64,000 nucleotides of DNA from an uncultured Alphaproteobacteria bacterium (GTDB taxonomy: Bacteria > Pseudomonadota > Alphaproteobacteria > Sphingomonadales > Govanellaceae): NCBI GenBank assembly GCA_963746725.1, contig CAVVCF010000007.1, forward strand, positions 169,979-233,978, read 5' to 3'. A program made the translations under genes and the position numbers. Under the pieces are notes generated by a model. The model was given only the letters and a program-made list of their open reading frames with translations, did not search any database and had not been told where the DNA came from. Positions 18,931-27,781 of the stretch are shown one piece after another. Position 1 is the stretch's first letter. Each line of letters begins with the position of its first letter.

Positions 18931-19803
18931 ATGAGTTCCCGCCCTGCGCTCAACGCCCGGTTCATTCTCACGCTCTCCTGCCCGAACACCATCGGGATTG
19001 TGCATGCGGTGTCCCATTTTCTGCTCGATGAACGCTGCAATATCACCGACAGCGCCCAGTTCGACGATCAGGGCACCGGGCGTTTCTTCATGCGCGTCGC
19101 CTTCGCAGCGACCGACAAACCGGTGACCCGCGAGGGACTGGCCGAAGGTTTTGAAACGGTGTCCGACGCATTCCGGATGGACTGGGCGCTTTATGACCAG
19201 GCAGTGCGCCCGCGGGTGCTGATTTTGGTCTCCAAGCTCGATCATTGTCTCGCCGACCTCCTCTACCGCCATGGTATCGGAGAACTTGCCATGGATATTC
19301 CAGCTGTGGTCTCGAACCATCCGGACAGCTATCAGCTGGCCGCATCCCACAACATTCCTTACCGGCACCTGCCGGTGACGAAAGACACCAAAAAGGAGCA
19401 GGAAAAGAAGCTCCTGAACCTCATTGGGGAAAGCAAGGCCGATCTGGTGGTGCTGGCGCGCTACATGCGGATTCTGTCCGATGAGCTGTGCGCCGCGCTG
19501 CCGTGCCCGGCCATCAACATCCACCATTCTTTCCTGCCGAGCTTCAAGGGTGCCAGGCCCTATCACCAGGCTCATGCCCGGGGCGTGAAACTGATCGGGG
19601 CGACGGCGCACTATGTAACCCCCGACCTGGATGAAGGCCCGATTATCGAGCAGGACGCGGAGCGGGTGACCCACGCCATGACGCCAGACGACTTAATCGC
19701 TGCCGGTCGCGATATCGAACGCCGGGTCCTCGCCCGCGCGGTACGTCTCCATCTGGAACGCCGCGTTTTGCCGAACGACGGCAAAACGGTCGTATTCCGC
19801 TAG
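18931..19803 (+). CDS. purU: Formyltetrahydrofolate deformylase
   Basis: N-terminal ACT domain (ILTLSCPNTIGIVHAVSHFL) plus a formyltransferase core (...NIHHSFLPSFKGARPYHQA...IGATAHYVT...). ATG at 18931 follows aagg; TTG at 18922 is an alternative. Confidence 0.9.
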   Translation: MSSRPALNARFILTLSCPNTIGIVHAVSHFLLDERCNITDSAQFDDQGTGRFFMRVAFAATDKPVTREGLAEGFETVSDAFRMDWALYDQAVRPRVLILVSKLDHCLADLLYRHGIGELAMDIPAVVSNHPDSYQLAASHNIPYRHLPVTKDTKKEQEKKLLNLIGESKADLVVLARYMRILSDELCAALPCPAINIHHSFLPSFKGARPYHQAHARGVKLIGATAHYVTPDLDEGPIIEQDAERVTHAMTPDDLIAAGRDIERRVLARAVRLHLERRVLPNDGKTVVFR

Positions 19804-19920
19804 ATTCTGAACGAACTTCTGGCAATTTGACTACCCTCGCGAATGGGTAGGCGGCTGCACGCGCCAGCGCCGCGCGTTCTACAACCTGTTTACCCCAACC
19901 CATGATAGCTTAAGGATTTT

Positions 19921-20025
19921 ATGAAAAAATTAACCAAGAGACGCTTTAATGAATGCGCAAAACTCTGTGCCTGTTCATATAAGCGCAAGGTTTTTGACGC
20001 TGCGGCGAGGAAAGCTGCACCGTGA
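19921..20025 (+). CDS. Candidate 34-aa basic, Cys-containing small ORF in the AT-rich leader of the porin gene
   Basis: ATG at 19921 is preceded by taaggatttt (SD aagga, 5-nt spacer). Product is MKKLTKRRFNECAKLCACSYKRKVFDAAARKAAP. It is below the ORF-track size cutoff. No homology evidence. Confidence 0.25.
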   Translation: MKKLTKRRFNECAKLCACSYKRKVFDAAARKAAP

Positions 20026-20053
20026 ATGCAACAAGATTTTTGGGAGTTGAAGG

Positions 20054-21349
20054 GTGACAAAACTTAAATACGGACTGGTGTCAGTCCCAGTGGCCGTGAC
20101 GGTTCTCCTTGTATCGGCATCGGCTCATGCGGCCGGTTTCGCCTTGCAGGAGCAGAGCGTGAAGGGCAGCGGCCGGGCATTCGCCGGCGAAGTAGCGATG
20201 GCTGACGACGCCAGCGTCATGTTCTATAACCCGGCGGGTCTAACGCAGCTTTCAGGTCCGCAGGCTTATGCGGGCGCCTATGCGATTATTCCGAGCGCCA
20301 AGCTATCGGATGCCGGCAGTTCCATGACCGTCGGGCCATATCCGGCCATGCCGGTCGGTGGCTTGTCCGGCGAGCAGGGCTTCAGCGCCCAGCCGGCGGG
20401 CTATCTTTATGGCGCTGCGCCCGTTGCTGACGGGCTCTGGGCCGGGATTGCGGTTACCGTGCCGTTCGGTCTGAAGAATAATTACAAGCCGGACTATTTC
20501 GGTCGCTACAATTCGACCAAATCAACGTTTATTGCCGTAGATATAGCGCCCACTCTGGCCTACCGCCTGAATAACCAGGTTTCGATCGGGGGATCGGTTA
20601 ACATTCAGCGCGCCAATGCAACCCTGGCGAACGCGCTTCCCAACCCGCTCGCTCCCGGCGGACCGAGCCCGGCGAGCGACGGACTGTTCACCGCCAAGGC
20701 GAGTGACTGGAGCGTCGGTTTTACCGCGGGCATCCTGTTTCAGGCGGCGCCCGACCTGCGCGTTGGCGTAAGTTACCGGTCGAAGGTCAAGCACACCCTT
20801 AAAGGCGACGCCACCACGGAATTTGCCGGAATGACAACGGTTCAGGGTGTGACGGCGGATGTAACGCTGCCCGACATTATCTCCGCCGGCCTGGCCTATC
20901 AGGCGACGCCGGACGTGACCCTGATGGCGCAGTTCAATTATTACGGCTGGAGCAGCTTCAAGGAAGTCCGGCTCAAATTCGAGGATGGCACCGAAGCGGC
21001 GACCACGGAGGATTTCAAGAATGTCTGGGGAGCCTCCGTCGGGGCTGAGGTCAAGGCGACCGAGGACTGGACGTTGCGCGGCGGCCTTGAATACGACAAG
21101 ACGCCGACCCGCGACGCCTACCGGTCGACGCGGATTCCGGACGCTGACAGGATCTGGGCGGCCCTCGGGGCAACCTACCGGCTTTCGGATGCGGTCTCGG
21201 TAGACCTGTCTTACGTCCATATGTTCGTAAAAAGCGAACCCATCAACCGGACAAACGCATTCCCGCTGCTGGCAACGACGGTTGAGACCGTGGCGACGAC
21301 CAGGACAAGCTCCAATGTTCTTGGCATAGGCCTGCGCGGGTCCTTCTAA
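20054..21349 (+). CDS. Outer-membrane hydrophobic-compound/long-chain fatty-acid transporter (FadL/OmpP1/TodX family)
   Basis: Signal peptide, then ...AAGFALQEQSVKGSGRAFAGE... (the typical FadL N-terminal hatch motif) and a C-terminal ...GIGLRGSF beta-barrel terminus. GTG start follows ggagttgaagg. Confidence 0.85.
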   Translation: MTKLKYGLVSVPVAVTVLLVSASAHAAGFALQEQSVKGSGRAFAGEVAMADDASVMFYNPAGLTQLSGPQAYAGAYAIIPSAKLSDAGSSMTVGPYPAMPVGGLSGEQGFSAQPAGYLYGAAPVADGLWAGIAVTVPFGLKNNYKPDYFGRYNSTKSTFIAVDIAPTLAYRLNNQVSIGGSVNIQRANATLANALPNPLAPGGPSPASDGLFTAKASDWSVGFTAGILFQAAPDLRVGVSYRSKVKHTLKGDATTEFAGMTTVQGVTADVTLPDIISAGLAYQATPDVTLMAQFNYYGWSSFKEVRLKFEDGTEAATTEDFKNVWGASVGAEVKATEDWTLRGGLEYDKTPTRDAYRSTRIPDADRIWAALGATYRLSDAVSVDLSYVHMFVKSEPINRTNAFPLLATTVETVATTRTSSNVLGIGLRGSF

Positions 21350-21362
21350 CGAGTAGAAGCGC

Positions 21363-22793
21363 ATGCCGATGACGGCTGACTGGCAAGACGACGGCGTCCC
21401 GCCGGATTATTTTATCCGGCCCATCTCGCTGCGCTTCTCCGACGATGTGTTGGAGAAGCGCTTCGCCGTCGATCTTGTTGTGCGCGGCATGTTCTCCATC
21501 CGCATTTTTCTGCTGGCGGGTGCGCTCCTCTATTCGCTGTTCGGGATTCTGGACTACTATGTCCTTCCCAAGACGGTAAACATAATCTGGACGATCCGTT
21601 ATGGCGCGGTGATCCCGCCGCTCATTATCATCCTTGTCATGACCTATTTCCCGGTGTTTATCCGGTACGGTCAGTGGATACTGGCGACGGCAATGTTCTG
21701 GGCCGGCTTCGGCATCATCGCGATGATTGCCATGGCGGAATCACCGGGGAATGGCCTTTACTACGCCGGCCTCATCATGGTGGTGAGTTACTGCTCCACC
21801 CTGTTGCATATCCGGTGGACCATTGCGGCGTTGGTCGCCATTGCTCTTGTGGCGATGTATCAGCCCATAGCGCTGTGGATCAATCCGATTCCGGCCAGTA
21901 TGATTCTCAGCAACAACTTCTTCCTCGGCATGTCGACGGCGGTGGGCGTATTCTCAGGCTACGCGCAGGAGCTTTACGTCCGCCGGGACTATCTCCACAC
22001 TGAAATGCTGCAATTTGAAAAGGAGCGGTCGGACGAGCTGCTGCATGAAGCGCAGTCGGCCAGCCGGGCGAAGAGCGATTTCCTGGGCGTCATGAGCCAC
22101 GAATTGCGCACGCCGTTGAACGCGATCCTCGGGTTCAGCGAGATCATGCAGCAGAAGATGTTCGGCCCCATCGGGTCGGACCGCTACGCGGCCTATGTGG
22201 ACGATATTCACGAGGCCGCCAAGCACCTCCTCAACATCATCTCCGACGTCCTTGACCTGTCGAAGGCCGAGGTCGGCAAGCTCAAAATTGTTGAAGAGGA
22301 TGTGGACCTGGTCGACCTCCTTGAGCAATGTTGCCGGCTTTTGCGGGAGCATGCGGCGGAAAACGGCTTGCGCCTGTCACTTCAATCCGACGACGTCCGG
22401 CCAATCCTGCGCGCGGATCCGCGGATGCTTAAACAGGTGGCTATCAACCTTTTGGGCAACGCGATCAAGTTCACCCAGTCCGGCGGGTCGGTCAATATCT
22501 CGGTCAGTGCAAAGTCTGGCGAAGGCTGTACGATTCGGTTCACCGACACGGGCATCGGGATTGCCGAGGAAAATCTGCAGAAAGTGCTGGAACCGTTCGT
22601 TCAGGTGGAGAGCACCTTCGCCCGGAAGTACGGCGGCACCGGCCTTGGCCTGCCGCTGGTCAAGCGCATCATCGAGCTGCATGAGGGCGAGGTCAGCGTC
22701 GCAAGCACGCTCGGCTCCGGAACCACCGTTACCATCGACCTGCCCGCCAGCCGGTTGGTCCGGCTGGCCGATCAAAGTTCGGGCGCCGCGTAG
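21363..22793 (+). CDS. Membrane-embedded sensor histidine kinase (about 6 TM N-terminal module, HisKA, HATPase_c); no cognate regulator adjacent
   Basis: H-box ...FLGVMSHELRTPLNAILGFSE..., N-box ...LGNAIKFT..., G-box ...DTGIGI...GGTGLGLPLV.... Starts 14 nt after the porin gene. Confidence 0.85.
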   Translation: MPMTADWQDDGVPPDYFIRPISLRFSDDVLEKRFAVDLVVRGMFSIRIFLLAGALLYSLFGILDYYVLPKTVNIIWTIRYGAVIPPLIIILVMTYFPVFIRYGQWILATAMFWAGFGIIAMIAMAESPGNGLYYAGLIMVVSYCSTLLHIRWTIAALVAIALVAMYQPIALWINPIPASMILSNNFFLGMSTAVGVFSGYAQELYVRRDYLHTEMLQFEKERSDELLHEAQSASRAKSDFLGVMSHELRTPLNAILGFSEIMQQKMFGPIGSDRYAAYVDDIHEAAKHLLNIISDVLDLSKAEVGKLKIVEEDVDLVDLLEQCCRLLREHAAENGLRLSLQSDDVRPILRADPRMLKQVAINLLGNAIKFTQSGGSVNISVSAKSGEGCTIRFTDTGIGIAEENLQKVLEPFVQVESTFARKYGGTGLGLPLVKRIIELHEGEVSVASTLGSGTTVTIDLPASRLVRLADQSSGAA

Positions 22794-22807
22794 GGACGCC
22801 GGTACAC

Positions 22808-22863
22808 CGAATCCGAAGTTCGTCACATTACTGCGGCCGGAACCTAACGAACTTCGGATTCGA
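22808..22863. repeat. Perfect 16-bp inverted repeat with 24-nt spacer
   Basis: cgaatccgaagttcgt (22808-22823) pairs with acgaacttcggattcg (22848-22863). No flanking T-run. Confidence 0.8.
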
Positions 22864-22888
22864 AGGGGTACTAGCCATTTGGTTGATT

Positions 22889-22967
22889 CTAGTGTGGTTT
22901 TGGGAACTGAAGTACGCTTTCCACTCCTGCAGCTTCTATGATGCGAACTTCAGTTCCACCACACTAG
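22889..22967. repeat. Long imperfect inverted repeat (about 21 bp arms, 33-nt spacer) abutting the stop codon of the PilZ-methyltransferase gene
   Basis: ctagtgtggt(tttg)ggaactgaagt pairs with acttcagttccaccacactag. It shares the core gaacttc(a/g)g with the neighbouring palindrome. Confidence 0.7.
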
Positions 22968-24400
22968 GCAGTCTTGGTCAGAGTGAGCATGCAAACCCGG
23001 CCAGTGGGATCGAGGTTGGTCTCGGCCATCGCATCCGGCAAGTCCTCGGCAAATGCCATCATTTCCGCTTCATCGCGATAAATCACGGTCCAGTCGGCCA
23101 GGAACTCCATTGGCCACAGGTTGCTGCCCGGCGTCTTGTACATATTGCTGATGATCAGCTTGCCGCCGGGCGCGACGCAGGAGAACAGGGACTCGACCCA
23201 GGCTTTACCGCGCTTGGCCTGCAGATAGTCGATCAGACCCACCGAATAGATCAGGTCCTGGGGCCCGAGCCTGGCCAACAGCTCGTTGGTCTTGAAGATC
23301 TGATTGAACGAGGCATGCAGGCAGGTAACGCTGGCCTTGCCATGGAGGCGGATCACGTCAGGGTGCGTGCGTTCATAGGCCTGGGAGAGCGCACCGTGAT
23401 CCTGGTCGATCAGCGTAAAGTGGGTATGCTGGGGGATGTCCCGGATTTTCAGATAGTCAATCACTTCGCGCGCCGGACCGCAGCCAAGGGAGGTAATCCG
23501 GACGGTATCTTTTTTCGGTTCGAGAATGGTTTTGGCAATGGTCTGGCGCATCATCACCATCCGCGTCGCGATGCACTCGGCCACGTCCAGGCCAAGCCGG
23601 TGCACCAGCTTTTCATAGAGGCTGTCGCCTTCGCGCTGCCAGTCATAGACCATGTTCATGATCTGATAGTCGCCGGGATAACCGAGCGGCTTCTCGTAGC
23701 TGCGCCGCCAGATGGCGCCGGCATTGATCTCCGGCGTCAGCACCAGCTCGGTAAAGCGTTTGGCGTCTTTCAAGGCTTGCGGGTCGTTCATAATCGCCTC
23801 GGCAAGCGCATTGCCGCGGTGCCAGAGGGATCTCCACTGCAGAAGTATTTTCTCTTCGCAGGATGCCAGCAACTCGGCCGCAGCCTTTTCTTCGATATGG
23901 CTCTGGCCAATCTCTTCGAGGCCGGCGCGGTAGGACCTCAAGAGATGAAGTGTGTCGGCGACGAGCGTCCTGTATTCCTCACTGACGCCACCACCGGGCG
24001 TGATCGTGGTGAAGTCGGAGATATCGTTCCTGAGGATTAGCTCTTTGTACTTAGAGACGACCTTGGGGACATCAAAACTGCGGTCCAGGAGTTGCAGGCC
24101 GAATTTCGTGCCGAACTGTGTGGGTTCGCTACGCACCACCTGACCTTCGCCTTCGAACAGCGTGCTCTCATCAAGGGTGAGATGGACAGAGACACGTTGA
24201 TCGGACTGAAGCATGTCCTCGGCATTGGGATTGGCATAGGCCGAAAGGCCGCTCAGGGAAACGTCGGCCAGCCGGTGCGGGGTCTGGTTGAGCCGCAAAT
24301 CCGGCACAGAATTACGAAACAGATCACGCGCCTTGTACCGTTCCGCCCTGAAGAACACACGGCGACCCTGGCCGCCACTCAACTCCTCGTAGGTCCTCAT
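22964..24400 (-). CDS. PilZ domain - class I SAM-dependent methyltransferase fusion protein
   Basis: ATG at 24400 is preceded by gggaggatcgc (strong SD). N-terminus has RRVFFR (RRxxxR), then DVSLSG (D/NxSxxG) 28 residues later, then ...GQVVRSEPTQFGTKFGLQL... (PilZ barrel). C-terminal half has VRITSLGCGPAREV (SAM motif I), ...FTLIDQD..., ...LIYSVGLIDYL..., ...APGGKLIISN.... Confidence 0.75.
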   Translation of the reverse strand: MRTYEELSGGQGRRVFFRAERYKARDLFRNSVPDLRLNQTPHRLADVSLSGLSAYANPNAEDMLQSDQRVSVHLTLDESTLFEGEGQVVRSEPTQFGTKFGLQLLDRSFDVPKVVSKYKELILRNDISDFTTITPGGGVSEEYRTLVADTLHLLRSYRAGLEEIGQSHIEEKAAAELLASCEEKILLQWRSLWHRGNALAEAIMNDPQALKDAKRFTELVLTPEINAGAIWRRSYEKPLGYPGDYQIMNMVYDWQREGDSLYEKLVHRLGLDVAECIATRMVMMRQTIAKTILEPKKDTVRITSLGCGPAREVIDYLKIRDIPQHTHFTLIDQDHGALSQAYERTHPDVIRLHGKASVTCLHASFNQIFKTNELLARLGPQDLIYSVGLIDYLQAKRGKAWVESLFSCVAPGGKLIISNMYKTPGSNLWPMEFLADWTVIYRDEAEMMAFAEDLPDAMAETNLDPTGRVCMLTLTKTA

Positions 24401-24800
24401 GCGATCCTCCCGATACTGCCCCACTACCAAACGGAGCAAATCCTTTCTACAGGCGTTACCAGGGCTGCGATTTGTCCGCCCTTTGCCGCCGACTTAACGC
24501 CATTGTTTAACTATTACCTTCGAACCGGTTGAATTAAAAGTTAAAAATTTATTAAAAATTTTCTCTACTTTCCAGACGCAGCGGGGAAGATAGTGTGACG
24601 AATCGATGGATCAGACCGGTGGATTGGCTGTGGAAGCCAGAAAAGAGATCAACAAATAAAAGAATAAAGAAATTCTGATATCTACTAAAACGGTTACGCT
24701 TGCAACCCTAACGTGGTTTCCGGGCGTGCGCATATGGGGTGCGCAATCACACGGGCTCTAGCGAAATTATTGAAAAAAGTTAAATGGTTATCGGCGGGTT

Positions 24801-24830
24801 TAAGAAAATCGCCCGGCACTGAGGCCGGGC
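24801..24830 (-). terminator. Rho-independent terminator of the globin-coupled MCP gene
   Basis: On the minus strand: gcccggc-ctcagt-gccgggc followed by gATTTTCTTaaa. It lies about 33 nt after the stop codon. Confidence 0.6.
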
Positions 24831-24862
24831 GCAGGATCGAACCACGTTCAGGTTAGGAAGGA

Positions 24863-26212
24863 TTATGCAGCCCGCACCTTATCCAGGAACGCGGAGACCT
24901 GTTGTTCAAGCGCTTCCGACTGTTCCGCCAGGGCCGATGCGGCTGTCCGGACCTGTTCCGCGACAGAGCCGGTTTCCTGTGTTGAATTCTGAACCTCGCA
25001 GATGCTTTCCGAGACTATACGGGTGCCGGTGGACGCCTCCTGGGTGTTGCGCGCGATTTCGTTCGTTGCTGCAGACTGCTCCTCAACCGCCGATGCGATC
25101 AATGCCGACAGGGTGTCGACTTCGGAGATCTCGGTGCTGATATCCCCAAGCGCAGCGGCGGACGCGCTTGTCACCTTCTGCATTTCGACCACCAGCTCGC
25201 GGATCTCTTCAGTTGCCGACGCAGTCTGGTTGGCAAGGGTCTTGACCTCTGAGGCCACCACCGCGAAGCCCCGTCCGGCCTCGCCGGCCCGCGCCGCCTC
25301 GATGGTGGCATTGAGAGCAAGGAGGTTGGTCTGGTCGGCCACGTCCTTGATCAGCCCGACCACGGCGCCGATTTTCTCCGAGGCCTCGACCAGTCCCTTT
25401 ACGGTCGTGTTGGTATCGGTAGCCCGGTCAGCAACGCGGCGGGTGACCTGGGCGGCATTATGCACCTGGCCCGAGATTTCCTTGATCGACTGCGTCATTT
25501 CCTCGACCGCCGAGGCAATGGTCGAGACATTGCTCGTTGCCTGCTCGGCCGCGGCGGCGACGTTGGCCGATTTTTCGCTGGTCACATTGGCGGTCTGCGA
25601 CATGGCGCCCGATGCGTCCTGCAATTCCTTCACCGATTTGGCAAGGCTGCGAGCAAAACCGCCCACCGTCTCCTCGAAGGTGGCGACCATGGTTTCCAGC
25701 GCCTCGGCTTTTTCCTTCTTGCCTTCGTCGAGGTAGATGGAGATCGCAAAATCCATATCCAGGAACGCAGCCTTGATCAGCGCCGCCAGCGTTTCCTTGC
25801 GGGTGTCTGCCATTTCCGCGCCGGGGTGCGTTTCATGCAATTCTTCGGCGCAGGCGGTGACAACGTCCGCCAGAATGTATGCGTACCCGCCGAGATACCA
25901 GCGCGGCTCCAGCCCGAGCTGGTGATGGGCGTGGCCGATGCGTCGGACCGAATCCACGTACTGGCCGTCAAATTCCGCCGCGGCAATCAGACCCCAGTGG
26001 CGACGCTGGGCGGATTTTGCGTGGTCTTTGACGTCCTGACTGGAAAACAGACGGTCGACATCCCCGAATTTCGCGATGTGGGTGTAGAACCCGTCGAGAG
26101 CACTGGAAAGATACTTGTCGATCTGGGCGCTGGCGGTTTTGAGATGGTTCCTGGCGGCGGCGTCAATTCCCAGGAATGAAAGCCGCGTTTCGAGATCTTC
26201 ATTCGATGACAT
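24863..26212 (-). CDS. Soluble globin-coupled sensor / methyl-accepting chemotaxis protein (HemAT-like)
   Basis: N-terminal protoglobin-type sensor domain (...[25 protein letters not shown]...). C-terminal MCP signalling hairpin (...[36 protein letters not shown]...). No TM helices. Confidence 0.85.
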   Translation of the reverse strand: MSSNEDLETRLSFLGIDAAARNHLKTASAQIDKYLSSALDGFYTHIAKFGDVDRLFSSQDVKDHAKSAQRRHWGLIAAAEFDGQYVDSVRRIGHAHHQLGLEPRWYLGGYAYILADVVTACAEELHETHPGAEMADTRKETLAALIKAAFLDMDFAISIYLDEGKKEKAEALETMVATFEETVGGFARSLAKSVKELQDASGAMSQTANVTSEKSANVAAAAEQATSNVSTIASAVEEMTQSIKEISGQVHNAAQVTRRVADRATDTNTTVKGLVEASEKIGAVVGLIKDVADQTNLLALNATIEAARAGEAGRGFAVVASEVKTLANQTASATEEIRELVVEMQKVTSASAAALGDISTEISEVDTLSALIASAVEEQSAATNEIARNTQEASTGTRIVSESICEVQNSTQETGSVAEQVRTAASALAEQSEALEQQVSAFLDKVRAA

Positions 26213-26452
26213 AGAAATGTGCTCCGGTAATTGCGCGTTTTATAAAATTCGATTACTGATCTATGTTATTAGAATGAAGTCGTAAAACTATCGTTAATGG
26301 AACTGGCGAAGCGATTTTTCCTATGTCTGTTTGACTCAGAAATTTGACCAATTTGCATGGCCGTTCCCGCTTCGCAGCCCGGGCTTTCTTTGATCATTCT
26401 GTCGGGCTAAGGTCAGTCGTCACATTGGCCCTGGGCACGAAGCAATGACGGA

Positions 26453-27781
26453 ATGAGCGACCTTTGCGACACGGTAATTGTCGGCGGCGGGCCGGCAGGG
26501 GTGGTGCTCGCCCGCCAGCTCAAAGGCCTCGGGCTTCGCCCGACAGTTGTTACCCGGCCGCGCCCGTTTGCGGCGACGGAAGGCTTCTCTCCACGTACGA
26601 TGGATCTGGTGTCGCGGTTTTGCGGCGACTCCGGGCAGGCCGGTCTGATCTCCCGGACGGTTTATTGGAACGGCGAAGTCGGCGCCGCCAACCGCGAGGC
26701 TCTGATCGACCGGTGCGCCTTCGACCAGGCGCTTGTCGCCGACGCTGAAGGGCTTGGTGTGAATGTCATCGATGGCCGGGTTCAAACGACCGCCCGCAGC
26801 GGTGCCGAATGGCATATAGGGTATCGCACGCGCGGCGGCAGAGAGGGCGTGTTGAAGGCGCGCTTCCTTGTCGAAGCCAGAGGGCGGTCGGCGCCGCTGG
26901 GCCGGGGCGGACAGGTGCGCGGCCCGGCGCTGGTCTGTCTCTCCCGGCGCTGGGGGTTTTCGGACCGGGGCCCGGAACAGGCCGCCGTTGCCGCTTTCGA
27001 GAACGGGTGGGCGTGGTTTGTCAGGCCGCGGCACGGAGACGCCGTGTTGCAGATTTTCGTCGATCCCGGCGACGGATTACCGCCACGCCGTCAGTTAGGG
27101 GCATTCTACCAGGACGCGATTGGGCAGATAGCTGAGGCGCAAGGTTGGCTTGGGGGCGCAAACCCATCAGGCCCCATGCGCGCGCGCCATGCCGGCATGG
27201 TCCTGAGCGGCACGCTTTCGGCACCCGATTATCTGCGTCTGGGTGACGCCGCCATGGCCATCGATCCGCTCTCCGGCCACGGCGTCTACAAGGCAATATC
27301 AAGCGCGCTTGCCGCGGTGCCGGTCGTCAATACGCTGCTCGCCCGCCCCGGCGATGCGGCGCTTGCCGGGGGCTTCTACCGGGACCGGATTGCCGATGAT
27401 TTCTGGACCTCGGCGCGGATCGCCCGCGATTTCTATGCCGAAGAGGGGCGCTGGTCCGACCGGCCGTTCTGGTCGGCGCGTCGCGCGTGGCCGGATTTCG
27501 CTCCCGCCCATCCCGACGTGAAGGCGGGCATGATGACGGTCGAGCGGCGTGCGGTTGCCCGTGACAATTATGTGGAAGAGGCGGATGTTCTGGTAACGCC
27601 CGACCAGCCCCGCGGGGTCTGGCACGTGGCCGGCCTGCCGGCCGTCAGTCTGTGGAGCTTGCTGCGCCAGGGCACACCGAGCATTGACCATCTTGCGCAA
27701 CGGTTCGGGGTCGCCCCGGCGGCCGCCAAGGCGGCACTGGAGTGGTTTCGAGAACGCGGCCTGATGAACGCCCATGACTGA
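26453..27781 (+). CDS. FAD-dependent halogenase-like oxidoreductase with a C-terminal PqqD/RRE-like winged-helix extension
   Basis: VIVGGGPAGVVLA (GxGxxG), ...FENGWAWFVRP... (resembles the WxWxIP motif of flavin halogenases), ...GDAAMAIDPLSGHGV.... The last 80 aa or so (27530-27778), VERRAVARDNYVEEADVLVTP..GVWHVAGLPAVSLWSLLRQGTPSIDHLAQRFGVAPAAAKAALEWFRERGLM, fit a beta3-alpha3 PqqD-like pattern. Confidence 0.7.
   Translation: MSDLCDTVIVGGGPAGVVLARQLKGLGLRPTVVTRPRPFAATEGFSPRTMDLVSRFCGDSGQAGLISRTVYWNGEVGAANREALIDRCAFDQALVADAEGLGVNVIDGRVQTTARSGAEWHIGYRTRGGREGVLKARFLVEARGRSAPLGRGGQVRGPALVCLSRRWGFSDRGPEQAAVAAFENGWAWFVRPRHGDAVLQIFVDPGDGLPPRRQLGAFYQDAIGQIAEAQGWLGGANPSGPMRARHAGMVLSGTLSAPDYLRLGDAAMAIDPLSGHGVYKAISSALAAVPVVNTLLARPGDAALAGGFYRDRIADDFWTSARIARDFYAEEGRWSDRPFWSARRAWPDFAPAHPDVKAGMMTVERRAVARDNYVEEADVLVTPDQPRGVWHVAGLPAVSLWSLLRQGTPSIDHLAQRFGVAPAAAKAALEWFRERGLMNAHD

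Noticed and set aside
24830-24862. tRNA-like 3' fragment on the minus strand (gtGGTTCGATCCtgcgcccggcc), which could be an att-site remnant of an island carrying the PilZ-methyltransferase.
   Set aside because: No matching 5' acceptor strand or full cloverleaf is present. The cccggcc part is the terminator stem of the MCP gene. No second copy or integrase lies in the window, so the resemblance may be fortuitous.
26213-26452. Mini-ORFs (MELAKRFFLCLFDSEI, MAVPASQPGLSLIILSG) considered as possible precursor peptides for the halogenase-like/S8 pair.
   Set aside because: No Shine-Dalgarno sequences, very short, and no leader/core features. They are indistinguishable from chance ORFs in an AT-rich promoter region.
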